Positions 1 to 10,500 are shown, counted from the stretch's first letter. The stretch is 64,000 bases of DNA from an uncultured Chthonomonadaceae bacterium (GCA_963817895.1 CAWFQB010000001.1:960001-1024000); one strand, 5' to 3'. Numbers and translations are program-made. Notes: generated by a model from the sequence alone, not told the origin.

Positions 1-8
1 TTGGCTCT

Positions 9-96
9 TGTAGGCTGCTCTTGTCATGCAAATTGTGAGTAGACGGGCATTTTTACCTATCTACCATCTACCCATCTACCTATCTACCTTCTGGAG
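9..96. repeat. Partial octamer-repeat hairpin element (right arm CTACC[C/T]AT plus spacer) ahead of flgC
   Basis: Tandem ctacctat/ctacccat units at ~55-90; the spacer resembles that of the 2779-2922 copy; the left arm is presumably outside the window. Confidence 0.75.
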
Positions 97-102
97 TTTC
101 TT

Positions 103-546
103 ATGCCCCTCGGTTCTTCCATGCAAATCAGCGCGTCGGGTCTGACGGCGGAACGCCTGCGCCTGGACGTTATCAGCAACAACATCGCCAACGTCAACAC
201 GCCCAATTTCCGGCGTCAGGAAGTGATTTTCACGTCACGCGGCGCTGGAAGCAGTTTCGCGTCACAACTGGCATCGGCGCAGAAGGGCGGACTGTCCGAC
301 AATGCGGGGGGAACCGGCGTACAGGTATCGGCCATTCGCCCCGATACCGCCACCGGCTTCAAAGTGATTCACGATCCCTCCAACCCGGCAGCCGATCCCT
401 TAACCGGTAACGTCAACATGCCCAACGTCGAACCTATCATTGAAATGGTGGACATGATGGCGGCCACGCGCGCTTACGAAGGCGGACTTACCGCTATCAA
501 CGCCGCCAAGCAGATGCAGCAGCGCGCACTCGACATCGGACGCTAA
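103..546 (+). CDS. flgC: Flagellar basal-body rod protein FlgC
   Basis: SASGLTAERLRLDVISNNIANVNT; MPNV..EMVDMMAATRAYE; operon context. Confidence 0.97.
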   Translation: MPLGSSMQISASGLTAERLRLDVISNNIANVNTPNFRRQEVIFTSRGAGSSFASQLASAQKGGLSDNAGGTGVQVSAIRPDTATGFKVIHDPSNPAADPLTGNVNMPNVEPIIEMVDMMAATRAYEGGLTAINAAKQMQQRALDIGR

Positions 547-551
547 AAACT

Positions 552-905
552 ATGAGTATCAACGCTATCAACTCCATTTCCGACATTACCACGCCGGACC
601 GTAATTTGAAATCCGGGCTGATGCCCGAAGCGATTGCGTCTGCGCCCATGATGACGCCCGTTGCGGAACCGGGCAGCGAACCAACCAAATCCTTCGGAAA
701 AATGCTGTCGGATGCCATTGCCGAAGTGAATCAGGCGCAGGTACACGCCGGGGACATGACCGCGCGTTTCGCGGCAGGCGAACCGATGGACGTGCATCAG
801 GTGATGATCGCGTCGCAGGAAGCGAGCGTCGCGCTCAATCTCGCCATGCAAGTCCGCAACAAACTCGTGGATGCGTATTCCGAAATCATGCATGTGAATG
901 TTTAA
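552..905 (+). CDS. fliE: Flagellar hook-basal body protein FliE
   Basis: C-terminal DVHQVMIASQEA..QVRNKLVDAYSEIM; follows flgC. Confidence 0.96.
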   Translation: MSINAINSISDITTPDRNLKSGLMPEAIASAPMMTPVAEPGSEPTKSFGKMLSDAIAEVNQAQVHAGDMTARFAAGEPMDVHQVMIASQEASVALNLAMQVRNKLVDAYSEIMHVNV

Positions 906-1052
906 GAGGGTAGACAGGTAGGTGGGTAGGTGGGTAGGTGGGTAGATAGGTAGTAAAGCCGTTGTCTTTACAAATTATACGCAAGAAGCAAAAAGGTATT
1001 TCCTACCCATCTACCCATCTACCCACCTACCTGTCTACCTCCTCCGAAGGAG
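906..1052. repeat. Octamer tandem inverted-repeat hairpin (GGTAGGTG/GGTAGATA ... CTACCCAT/CTACCCAC) filling the fliE-fliF junction
   Basis: Left arm ~908-953, right arm ~1002-1041, ending in ctccgaaggag (RBS). Confidence 0.9.
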
Positions 1053-1059
1053 TTTGCCC

Positions 1060-2778
1060 GTGTTAGACCGCGCGCGAGAATGGTGGGGACGCCTGGGGCG
1101 CACCAATCAAATCACTCTGGGATTGACCACGCTGGGCGTACTCATCGCGCTCATCGGCTTTGTCACTTGGGCCGGGACGCCGGATTACGTGCCGCTGTTT
1201 TCCAATCTGTCGGCGCAGGATGCCAACGCCATCACGGAAAAATTGCGCGAAGGCAACGTGCCTACCAGGCTGGCGCAGGGCGGCGCGGCCATTGAAGTGC
1301 CGGCGCAATACGTGGATGAGTGGCATGTGAAGATCGTGTCGGCGGGCCTTCCCGCCGCCTCCGCTTCCGCCACGATGGGACTTGACGACGTTCTCAGCGG
1401 CGCGCACATGGGCGACACTTCCGATATGGAGCAACTGCGGATGCGCCGGTCGCTGGAGGGCCGTATCAGCAAAAGCCTGATGATGATGGACCCGATTGCC
1501 AATGCGGTCGTGCATTTCGCCGCCTCGGACAGCAGCCCGCTTCTGATGAGCAATCACGACGCCTCGGCGTCCATCCTTGTCACCACCAAACCCGGACGTT
1601 CGCTTTCCGATGAGAATGTGCGCGCCATTGTGCGCCTGACGGAAATGGCGTATACCGGCCTTCAAGAAAAGAGCATCAGCGTCACCGATTCGCAGGGAGA
1701 TGTACTTTTTGACAGCAGCCACGCGGGCGGAGCCGGGGGCGCGGACATTGACAAAGTGCGCCACAAGATGGAGTCCGAAAAACGCGCGGAACTGCAAAAC
1801 GCGCTGAACATCGTATGCGGCCCGCGGAGCAGTATCGTCACGGTCAGCGCGGAATTCAACACGGACACCAAAACGGAGATCAAAACCGATTCCACACCCG
1901 GTGTTCCCACAATGAAATCTACGCGGGAAACCAAACTGGATGGCAAGGGCAGCATCAACAATCCGGCTTCCCCCGGCGCGAACGCCAATGTCAACGGCCT
2001 GCCGACTGCGGGCGCAGCCGGGGGAGCCGCGACGCCAACCTATAACTCGCCTGCCAGTGTTTCCAATGGAACCTATCTCGAAACGGAGAGTGTCAACAAC
2101 TATGCGCCGGGTACGGATCAGGTCAAGACGGAGAGCGGACCGGGCAAGCTGGAAAAGATGAGCGTCAGCGTCCTTGTGGACAGCAACAAGTACAAAGATG
2201 CTGCAGCGCTTGCAAGCGTTGTCGCCAAAATCAAGGAGACCATCGCCACCTACATCATGGCGGTTCCCGGCGAGGCTGCGAACGCGCGCATGGTATCCGT
2301 TGTGGACATGCCGTTCGACCACTCGCAGGAGATGCAGGATCAGCTTGCGGGCGATCAGCAGCGCCGCGCCGACATGTTCAAACAGCTTGCCGGCCTGCTG
2401 GTTCCCTTCCTGATTATGGGCGTGGCGCTGTTCCTGCTGGCGCGGGCCTTGCGCAAATCCAACCCGGTTTCGTTTGCCAGAACGCCCCTTCTGGCGGGGG
2501 CAGGCGCGGGAATGGGAATGGGAGCCTTGCCGCCCGGTTCGTCCCTCCTGCTGGATGGCGACGGCGTTCCGATGCCCGGCCAGATGGTCGGCAGCGCGGA
2601 CATGATAGATGGCGAAGACGGCCCGCTCGCGCTTTCCAATGGCAGCAATCTGCCCAAGAGTTTTGAAGTGATTGAAGAGACATTCGATGCCGACCTGGAA
2701 AGCATCCTGCACCTGACCCGCGCCAAGCCGGACATGGTTGCCATGCTGTTGAAGAGTTGGCTGAGTGAGGAGCAGTAG
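1060..2778 (+). CDS. fliF: Flagellar M-ring protein FliF
   Basis: N-terminal TM, PDYVPLFSNLSAQDANAI, ASASILV, second TM near the C-terminus; GTG at 1060 fits the RBS (alternative TTG at 1054). Confidence 0.93.
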   Translation: MLDRAREWWGRLGRTNQITLGLTTLGVLIALIGFVTWAGTPDYVPLFSNLSAQDANAITEKLREGNVPTRLAQGGAAIEVPAQYVDEWHVKIVSAGLPAASASATMGLDDVLSGAHMGDTSDMEQLRMRRSLEGRISKSLMMMDPIANAVVHFAASDSSPLLMSNHDASASILVTTKPGRSLSDENVRAIVRLTEMAYTGLQEKSISVTDSQGDVLFDSSHAGGAGGADIDKVRHKMESEKRAELQNALNIVCGPRSSIVTVSAEFNTDTKTEIKTDSTPGVPTMKSTRETKLDGKGSINNPASPGANANVNGLPTAGAAGGAATPTYNSPASVSNGTYLETESVNNYAPGTDQVKTESGPGKLEKMSVSVLVDSNKYKDAAALASVVAKIKETIATYIMAVPGEAANARMVSVVDMPFDHSQEMQDQLAGDQQRRADMFKQLAGLLVPFLIMGVALFLLARALRKSNPVSFARTPLLAGAGAGMGMGALPPGSSLLLDGDGVPMPGQMVGSADMIDGEDGPLALSNGSNLPKSFEVIEETFDADLESILHLTRAKPDMVAMLLKSWLSEEQ

Positions 2779-2922
2779 GAGGGTAGATAGGTAGATGGGT
2801 AGGTAGGTAGACAGTAGAAATCCGTTCCTGTAAGCTGCTGCTACAGCATGAAGTTCTGAGTAGAAGGGCATTTCTACCTATCTACCTATCTACCTATCTA
2901 CCTATCTACCTCTCCGAAGGAG
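2779..2922. repeat. Octamer tandem inverted-repeat hairpin (GGTAGATA ... CTACCTAT) filling the fliF-fliG junction
   Basis: Same unit family and similar spacer as 9-96 and 906-1052; ends in ctccgaaggag. Confidence 0.9.
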
Positions 2923-2927
2923 ACCCC

Positions 2928-3953
2928 GTGAGACCTACCCAAGCCCCGCAATTGAGCAGTCGGCAAAAAGCGGCCATTCTGATGGTGGCGCTCGGCGCGG
3001 AAGCGTCGGCCAAAATATTCAAGCACCTGCGCGAAGATGAGATTGAGAATATGACGCTGGAAGTGGCGCGAATGGGCAAAATCGCCCCGGAAGCGCGGCG
3101 TCAGGTGGTGCATGATTTTCATGAGATGTGCATCGCGCAGAACGTGATTTCCGAGGGCGGCATCGAACAAGCGCGCAACGCGCTGATCGCCGCGTTCGGG
3201 ACCGAAAAAGCCAACGAAGTCGTCAACCGCGTCACGCAGGCGTTGCAGGTGCTGCCCTTCGACTTCATCAAGAAGACCGATCCCACGCAGCTGTTGTCCT
3301 TTATTCAGGACGAACACCCGCAAACGATTGCGCTGATTCTGGCGCATCTGGATTCCAAACAGGCGGCTGCGGTCGTATCCGGGTTGCCGCAGGAACTCCG
3401 GGCGGAAGTGGCGCGGCGTATCGCCATTATGGATCGCACGCCTCCTGAAGTGGTGCGTGAAATCGAGCGCGTTCTGGAGCGCAAGCTGTCGGGCGCGGTC
3501 GTAACGCAGGCATTCACCGCGGCGGGCGGCGTGAAATCGCTGGTCGAAATGCTGAACTACGTAGACCGCACGACGGAAAAAACCATTCTGGAAAACCTCT
3601 CGGAAACCAGCCCGGAACTGGCCGACGAGGTGAAGAAACTGATGTTCGTGTTCGAGGACATTACGCTTCTGGACGACGGCTCGATCCAAAAGGTGCTGCG
3701 GGAAGTGGATGGCAAAGAACTCGGCCTCGCGCTCAAGGGCGTGGGCGAGGAGGTGCAGTCGCGCATCTTCAAGAACATGAGCGAACGCGCGGCAACCATG
3801 CTCAAAGAGGACATGGAGTTCATGGGGCCGGTTCGCCTGCGCAACGTCGAAGAGGCGCAGCAGCGCATTGTGGGCGTGATACGCCGTCTGGAAGAGAGCG
3901 GCGAAATCGTCGTGGCGCGCGGCGGTGGCGGCGGCGACGAGATCATTATATAG
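2928..3953 (+). CDS. fliG: Flagellar motor switch protein FliG
   Basis: QKAAILM, EHPQTIALILAHL, GGVK, MFVFEDI, GPVRLRNVEEAQQRI. Confidence 0.98.
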   Translation: MRPTQAPQLSSRQKAAILMVALGAEASAKIFKHLREDEIENMTLEVARMGKIAPEARRQVVHDFHEMCIAQNVISEGGIEQARNALIAAFGTEKANEVVNRVTQALQVLPFDFIKKTDPTQLLSFIQDEHPQTIALILAHLDSKQAAAVVSGLPQELRAEVARRIAIMDRTPPEVVREIERVLERKLSGAVVTQAFTAAGGVKSLVEMLNYVDRTTEKTILENLSETSPELADEVKKLMFVFEDITLLDDGSIQKVLREVDGKELGLALKGVGEEVQSRIFKNMSERAATMLKEDMEFMGPVRLRNVEEAQQRIVGVIRRLEESGEIVVARGGGGGDEIII

Positions 3954-4040
3954 TGAGAGTGGAGAGTGGAGAGGAGAGTATACATTCCTTACTCTCACTC
4001 TCACTCTCCACTCTCACTTCCTCCTCCTCTCACTCTCACC
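3954..4040. repeat. GAGAGT(G) tandem inverted-repeat hairpin at the fliG-fliH junction
   Basis: gtgagagtggagagtggagag ... ctctcactctcactctccactctcac; a 29-bp stretch is identical in reverse complement to 17223-17251. Confidence 0.88.
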
Positions 4041-4053
4041 TGTACCAACACCT

Positions 4054-4929
4054 ATGAACCAAATCAAAAAAAATCCTTTTGTACCTTTGACCGAGTTGGG
4101 ATTGCCGCGCATCGGGCAGGAGAACGCGAAGAACGCGGAGCCGGTAAGCTGGTTTCAAACCCTTGCGCCCGAACTGTCCGCCCTGCCTGCCGCGCCCTCC
4201 GTTGCCATGCCCTTCCCGATTCAGCGCAACGGCGCGGTTCCCGCGTTTGCCGCGTTTCGGGATGTGGGCGAGATCGAACGCGAGGGGCGCGAACGGCGCA
4301 TGATGGGCCTGCCGGAACCGCCGGAAATCCTCGCCATGCGCTATCAGGCGGAACAAACCGCGCAGGAACTGGTCGGGCAGGCGTACATTCAGGCGCAGTC
4401 CGTTGAGGACGAGGCGCGGCGGCAGGGCTACGCGGTTGGTTACGCGGAGGGCATGGCGGCGGGACGGGCGGAAGCGGAGCGGATTGTCGGGTTGCAGGCG
4501 GAAGCGGACAAAGCAGGCTGGCAGACAGACATTGCCGCGTTTATCGCGCATGTCGAAACCGAGCGCGAATCCGCCTGGAACGCGATGGAGCCGCAAATCA
4601 TCAGCATGGTTTTTGAACTGGCGAAGCACGTCATCAAGCAGGAGGTGGAAGTAAGCCGGGATGTGGCCCTGTCGGTCACGCGCAACGCCCTGCGCCGGGT
4701 CGTGGAGGGCGGCACGCTACGTATCCGTGTCAACGCCGAAGACCTGCCCACTGTGCGCGGCAACCGCGAAGAACTGCTCACACTGGTAGACAACATTCGT
4801 CACGTCGAAATCATCGAAGACCGGCGCGTGGGCGCGGGCGGCTGCATCGTGGAAACCGATGCCGGCAGCATAGACGCCCGCCTTGAAACCCAACTCGCCG
4901 AAGCCGCAAACCTCCTCGAACTGAATTAA
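4054..4929 (+). CDS. fliH: Flagellar assembly protein FliH
   Basis: GxxxG repeats (GYAVGYAEGMAAG), IRVNAEDL, GGCIVETDAGSIDARLETQL; ATG at 4054 follows the repeat element. Confidence 0.93.
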   Translation: MNQIKKNPFVPLTELGLPRIGQENAKNAEPVSWFQTLAPELSALPAAPSVAMPFPIQRNGAVPAFAAFRDVGEIEREGRERRMMGLPEPPEILAMRYQAEQTAQELVGQAYIQAQSVEDEARRQGYAVGYAEGMAAGRAEAERIVGLQAEADKAGWQTDIAAFIAHVETERESAWNAMEPQIISMVFELAKHVIKQEVEVSRDVALSVTRNALRRVVEGGTLRIRVNAEDLPTVRGNREELLTLVDNIRHVEIIEDRRVGAGGCIVETDAGSIDARLETQLAEAANLLELN

Positions 4930-5031
4930 CAAAGCCTGAATACTTCACCCAACTCTTCTGGGTCGCGTCTGCTGCTTTTGAAAGCCGACGCTTCTCATCC
5001 TCTCGCTGCATAAATTGCGGCGTTTACTGTT

Positions 5032-5066
5032 AAAAAGTCCAGCAGAAAATCTCTGCTGGATTTCTT
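5032..5066. terminator. Probable bidirectional intrinsic terminator
   Basis: aaaaag-tccagcaga-aaatc-tctgctgga-tttctt. Confidence 0.65.
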
Positions 5067-5093
5067 GACAATGTTTCTCCTCGCCTTCATAAT
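5065..5093 (+). promoter_or_regulatory. Sigma70-type promoter
   Basis: TTGACA-17 bp-CATAAT. Confidence 0.65.
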
Positions 5094-5187
5094 GTGATTG
5101 TAAACAATGCGCTGGTCCTTTACTCTGCTGAGTACGGGTTCTTTACACACTTGCTTACTTTTTCAATACAGAGTGAAGGAGTTTGTT

Positions 5188-5517
5188 ATGGCAGGCCGTC
5201 CTGATTTTTTGAGTTTAGTCTCTAACAACACGCCCCCGCGCGTAAAAACCAACCCTTCTGCTGTGAAAGAATTGACGACTTTATTAACCGATGAGGAAGT
5301 AAAAAGAATAGGCAAAGAGAAGTACGAGCAACGCTTTGCGCCTACTTTGGACACAGAGGAGAATCGCGGCAAATTCTTCGTTTTAGATGTGATAACGGAT
5401 GCTCATGAGGTAGGCGACAATTTGTTGGCGTTACTGAAAAACGCCACGAACCGGAATTCTGATGATAATATCTATGTGTGCAGAATCGGAAGTGAATCGG
5501 TTTTCAGCCTCCATTAA
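5188..5517 (+). CDS. Small hypothetical protein (DUF5678-like) of the type found next to clan AA proteases
   Basis: aaggag RBS; pattern G.E.YE....L..EE.RGKF.VLDV.T...EV..IY..RIG; low GC. Confidence 0.65.
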   Translation: MAGRPDFLSLVSNNTPPRVKTNPSAVKELTTLLTDEEVKRIGKEKYEQRFAPTLDTEENRGKFFVLDVITDAHEVGDNLLALLKNATNRNSDDNIYVCRIGSESVFSLH

Positions 5518-5521
5518 CCCC

Positions 5522-5884
5522 ATGATAATTGGCACTGTCAGCGACGATTTTAAGGCTGTTATCAGCCTTGATTTTTATAATCAATTTGATAAGCCCATCA
5601 CGTTTCACAAGAACTATATCGACACCGGGTTTAACCACGATGTTTGTATGCCCGCCGCTGAAATCAGGCTGCTCGGATTGGAACTTGCTACGAACAGGCC
5701 GATGAGTATGGAACTTGCCGATGGCAACAAAATTGATGTACCCGTGTACATCGGTAAACTCAAATGGCTGGACGTTGTACAAGAAGTTTTGGTTGTCGCT
5801 ATGGGCAATGATGTGCTGCTTGGCATGGGGCTTTTAGCGACGTGTAAAACAACAATTGACCATAGAGTTATCACTATGGAGTGA
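5522..5884 (+). CDS. Clan AA (retropepsin-like) aspartic protease
   Basis: IDTGF catalytic motif, LADG flap, LLGMGLL. Confidence 0.85.
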   Translation: MIIGTVSDDFKAVISLDFYNQFDKPITFHKNYIDTGFNHDVCMPAAEIRLLGLELATNRPMSMELADGNKIDVPVYIGKLKWLDVVQEVLVVAMGNDVLLGMGLLATCKTTIDHRVITME

Positions 5885-5905
5885 CCTTGCCGCCGATGTT
5901 CGCGG

Positions 5906-7360
5906 TTAGACAATAACAGCTTTGACGACACTGGCCGGTTCTACGCCGGTTAGTTTGGCGTCCAATCCCTGAAATTTAATTGTGAATAGTTCGTGGTCTA
6001 TGCCGCACAGGCGCAGCATGGTGGCGTGTAGGTCGTGCATGGTCACGATGTTTTCCACCGACTTGTAGCCTAATTCGTCTGTTGCGCCATACGTGACGCC
6101 GCCTTTGATGCCGCCGCCCGCCATGAACAGCGAAAACGCGTTGATATGGTGGTCGCGTCCTGTTCCCTGTCCCATCGGCGTCCGTCCGAACTCCCCGCCC
6201 CACAAAACCAGCGTGTCTTCCAGCATCCCGCGCTGTTTCAAATCCCGAATCAGGGCCGCGCTTGCCCGGTCAGTCTCCTGCGCGGCAATCGGCATGGCCT
6301 GTTCGATGTTGCCGTGATGATCCCAGGCGCGATGATACAGTTGGATGAAGCGGACGCCCCGTTCCGCCAGTCGCCGCGCCAGCAGGCAATTGGACGCGAA
6401 ACTTCCATCCCCGGGCTGCTTGACGCCGTACATATCTAATGTGGACGGCGGCTCTTGTGACATATCGGTGAGTTCCGGCACGCTCGACTGCATTTTGAAG
6501 GCGAGTTCGTACTGCGCGATTCGGGTTTGGATTTCCGGGTCAACCCGCTCTTCAGCCAGCATCCCGTTCAAGCGTTGTATCTCTTCCACGACAAGCCGTT
6601 GCGTGGATTGGCACACGCCTTCGGGGTTGCCGACATAATGCACGGCATTGCCCTTCGTTTGAAACTGTACGCCCTGACATTTTCCCGGCAGAAATCCGCT
6701 CGACCACTGCCGCGCCGAAACGGGCTGCGCGCCGCCCGCTTTGCCGACCGATACCAGAACCACGAATCCGGGCAGACTGGCCGTTTCGCTTCCCAACCCG
6801 TACAGCAGCCACGACCCCATGCTAGGACGGCCCTTCAGAATCGAGCCGGAGTTCATAAACGCCTGCGCCGGGTCGTGGTTGATCTGTTCCGTCACCATGG
6901 AGCGGATGATGCAGATGTCATCCGCCAGTCCGCCGATATGCGGGAACAGTTCCGAAATCTCCTGCCCCGACTGCCCCCACCGCTTGAAGCCGACAAACGA
7001 ACCCCGCGCTTTCAACACCGCGCCCTGCAACTGCGCGAGTTGCTGGCCTTTCGTCAGCGATTCGGGAAACGGCTGGCCGTTGAGTTTGTTCAATTCCGGC
7101 TTGTTGTAAAAGGTTTCAAATTGCGACGGCCCGCCCGCCATGCACAGGTGAATGATGCGTTTGGCGCGAACGGGAAACTGCGGCGTCGGCAAAACCCCCG
7201 CCGACCTGCCGCCTCCCGCTGTCGGTTGTTGATCCGCCCACGCCATGTTGGGCAGAAGCGAACTCAGCGCAAGCCCGCCCAATCCATACGCGGACTGCTG
7301 CAAAAACGCGCGCCGGTTAATACTTCGCGCAAAGTTTTCATTGTCGAAAGGGTTGTTCAT
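5906..7360 (-). CDS. DUF1501 family protein with Tat signal (sulfatase-like fold)
   Basis: NRRAFL, MAGGPSQFETF, ARRLAERGVRFIQL, WDHH, GGEFGRTP, RDHH. Confidence 0.93.
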   Translation of the reverse strand: MNNPFDNENFARSINRRAFLQQSAYGLGGLALSSLLPNMAWADQQPTAGGGRSAGVLPTPQFPVRAKRIIHLCMAGGPSQFETFYNKPELNKLNGQPFPESLTKGQQLAQLQGAVLKARGSFVGFKRWGQSGQEISELFPHIGGLADDICIIRSMVTEQINHDPAQAFMNSGSILKGRPSMGSWLLYGLGSETASLPGFVVLVSVGKAGGAQPVSARQWSSGFLPGKCQGVQFQTKGNAVHYVGNPEGVCQSTQRLVVEEIQRLNGMLAEERVDPEIQTRIAQYELAFKMQSSVPELTDMSQEPPSTLDMYGVKQPGDGSFASNCLLARRLAERGVRFIQLYHRAWDHHGNIEQAMPIAAQETDRASAALIRDLKQRGMLEDTLVLWGGEFGRTPMGQGTGRDHHINAFSLFMAGGGIKGGVTYGATDELGYKSVENIVTMHDLHATMLRLCGIDHELFTIKFQGLDAKLTGVEPASVVKAVIV

Positions 7361-7436
7361 AAGTTTTACTTCCTGTTCTCCTCTCCCAACTTTGGAGAAT
7401 ATTCTATGAACTTCGTTCCATCTATCATAAAATGGC

Positions 7437-7489
7437 CTCCCCTCTCCTGGCGCGTTGCGCGGCCAGGAGAGGGGCCGGGGGTGAGGTAG
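7437..7489. repeat. Dispersed 53-bp palindromic repeat, copy 1
   Basis: ctcccctctcctggcgcgttgcgcggccaggagaggggccgggggtgaggtag; 51/53 identical to 17776-17828. Confidence 0.9.
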
Positions 7490-7508
7490 TTCCAGATAAG
7501 GTTGAGGG

Positions 7509-10500
7509 CTAATACCTTGTAATCGTCTCGTTCAGGTTCAGAATTATGCGGCAAACGTTTGTCCAGGCGGCGAGTTCAATCCTATCCGCGTTTTGCGGGA
7601 GGGGAGTCAGTCCGGTTGTCAGCAGTTTTCGGGCGTCGTCGGGCTGTTCCTGATAGGCTTTGCGTATCGTCGTCAGGAAGGTAAGCAGAGATTGCTTCTC
7701 CTTCGGTTTGGGTGAACGGGCAAGGGCGCGTTGAAACGCGGCTTCCAATCGCGCGCTATCTTCGCCCGCTTTTGCGCCGTTTCCGCCCGCCCTGACGTTG
7801 AGCAGTTGAGCGGCGAACACGCGGGCGGCTTCCACAAACGTCGGATCGTTGAGCAGTGTCAACGCCTGCTGCGGCGTGTTGGCAACGATGCGCGAAGCGA
7901 TACAATCCTCGCGGGAGGGCGCGTCGAAGTTGGCGAGCATGGGGTGCAAAAACGTCCGCTGCCGGTGCATGTACACGCCCCGGCGATACTGCCCATCATC
8001 GGGCGTCGCCACATAATCGCGGTCAGGAAACTGAATGTTGGCGTAATACCCGGCGGGCTGATACGGCTTGCATGGCGGCCCGCCAATTTCCGGGTTCAGC
8101 AATCCCGCCACCGCCAGCGCGTTGTCGCGAACGAACTCGGCTTCCAACCGGCGCGGATTCTGACTGGCAAGCAGGCGATTGTTCGGGTCGCTGTCACGCA
8201 GTTCCGGGCGCAGACTTGAGGACTGCCGGTAAGTGGACGATGTGACTATCAGGCGAACGAGACGCTTAACATTCCAGGAGGAGTTGAGAGTTGAGAGTTG
8301 AGAGTTTATAAGAACAGGGTCTTTCTCCTTTTTCCTTTCTCCTTTTTCCTCCGCAACGAAGTTGCAGGCCAGCCAGTCCAGCAGTTCGGGATGCGTGGGC
8401 CATTCGCCCTGCGCGCCCAGATCTTCCACCTGCGCGCTCAGGCCATTGCCGAAAAACTGTTTCCAGAGCCGGTTGACGAACACGCGGGCGGTGAGCGGAT
8501 TTTCGGGGGATACGATCCAGCGGGCAAGGTCGAGACGGGTCAGGGTCTGTGACGAAAAGCCGGATTTGGCTTGAAGCGCGGGTAGAAAATGCGGCGTGGC
8601 GGGCTGTACGATTTCGCCGCTCTCGTCCTGCCAGTTGCCGCGCGGCAGAACGCGCATGGTCATGGGTTTGGTGGCTTCCGTGACAAGAACGGGGGTGATA
8701 CCGCTCCGGCAGTTGAAAATGTCGTTTTGCAGCGACTTTGCCTGCGCGTAAGCGTCAGCCTGTTGGCCCGCGCCGAGCAAATACTGTGTCGCCAGCAATC
8801 CGCGGTCCAACGGCATTTTACTCCCCTCTAACGCGCCGCGCAATTGAGCCAAATATCGCGTTGAGAAGACGGGCGCGTTCGGCTGTTCGGGAATGAAGGG
8901 GGAACTCGCAAGGCGAATACAGCCTTCGCCCGCGTTCGGAACCGTGACCACAAGCGTATCGTCGAACGCGAGAGAAATGGGCTTATCCAGCAGCCATGAG
9001 GAAACATGCGCCCGTGACGCATGTTCCGCTGACAATTTCCAGCCTTTTTGTATGCCCACGACTTCAAAACCGCTGTTGTAGCGCGGTTCGGCATCGTTGG
9101 CGTCGGCGTAGCGGAAGAGGACAGGTTCTCGCTTACCATCCGCGCGCAAGACGCTTGCCGCCAGCGTTAAAGTTGCGGCCTGTACGCCCTTGCGGAAGAT
9201 AGAATTGCCATTGGCGGCATGAGGCAAAACTTCCAGCCGCAGACACGCCAGCCATGCGGAAGACGGATGCAGCGTCAGTTCGATACTGCCCCCGGCCTTG
9301 TCCGTCAGCAGAATACTGCCGTCCAATTCGGGGCGCAGTTCGGATGCTTCCGTTGCATCGGCAACCGCTTTCAGGACAGGTTTGTCCGCCGATTTTGCCT
9401 GCGACGCTTTTTCAACAGGCGTTGATACTGCCACTGTCACTGCCGCCTTTTTCAACGGGGGCTTGGGCTTCATTGCGGGCGCGTTTGTGGCGCGGATTTC
9501 GGACGCGGCAGCGATTTCCCAGCCGTCGGGATGGTTGGTCAGGAACGCTGAAGCAGATTTTTGCCAGCCGTTCAGGGCGGCTTGCGCGGCAGGATTGGTT
9601 TGGGTGGCTTCGAGGGCGCTCAGAGCAATATTCCCAATTTGCGCCTGCTCCTGCGCGATTCGCGTTTTCAGATAGCGGCTTTCCACCTTGATTTCGGGCG
9701 GGAAGGGATAATCGTTGTTGTAGCCGCGCAGGTCGGGGTTGGGCGTATACCCGTAATCCGCGTACACGCCCCACTGCTTCATGTCGGCGAAGAACGCGCC
9801 CAGGGCATAAAAGTCTTTTTGCGAAATGGGATCGTACTTGTGGTCGTGGCACTCCGCGCAGCCGAAAGTGGAGCCTAACCACGTCATGCTGACCGTCCGA
9901 ACGCGATCCGCCGCGTATTTGGCAAGGTACTCTTTGGCCTGCGCCCCGCCCTCCCGCGTCATCATGTTCAGGCGGTTGAAGCACGTTGCCGCGCGGGTTT
10001 CGGGCGTGGCATTTGGCAGCAAATCGCCCGCAATCTGCTCAATCGTAAATTGGTCGAACGGCTTGTTGCGATTGAACGAGTCAATCACGTAATCGCGGTA
10101 CGCCCATACGTTCTGATTCTGGTCGCCATGAAAGCCAACTGTATCCGCGTAACGCGCTAAATCCAGCCATGGAACCGCCATACGTTCGCCGTAATGCGGG
10201 GAAGCAAGCAGCCGATCCACCACTTTTTCATAAGTATTCGGAGATTTATCAGCCACAAACGCGGCCACTTCGGCGGGCGTGGGCGGAATACCAATCAAGT
10301 CCAGCGAGACGCGGCGGATCAGCGTCCGTTTGTCGGCTTCGGGCGAGGGCGCGATTCGCTTTGTGTTCAGTTTGTCCAGAATGAAAGCGTCAATCGGATT
10401 GCGAACAGGAAAATTTGTAAGTGGGTGAACGACAGGAACAGCAGGGCGAACGGGCGGAAGATAGGCCCAGTGCGCCTGATACTCGCCCCCTTCGGCAATC

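Noticed and set aside
1063..2871. Long antisense ORFs (also 2898-4004, 24354-25661, 52323-53507, 55707-56957)
   Set aside because: Shadow frames of GC-rich genes, with no motifs.
3925..4053. N-terminal extension of FliH
   Set aside because: It is a translation of the repeat hairpin and overlaps fliG.
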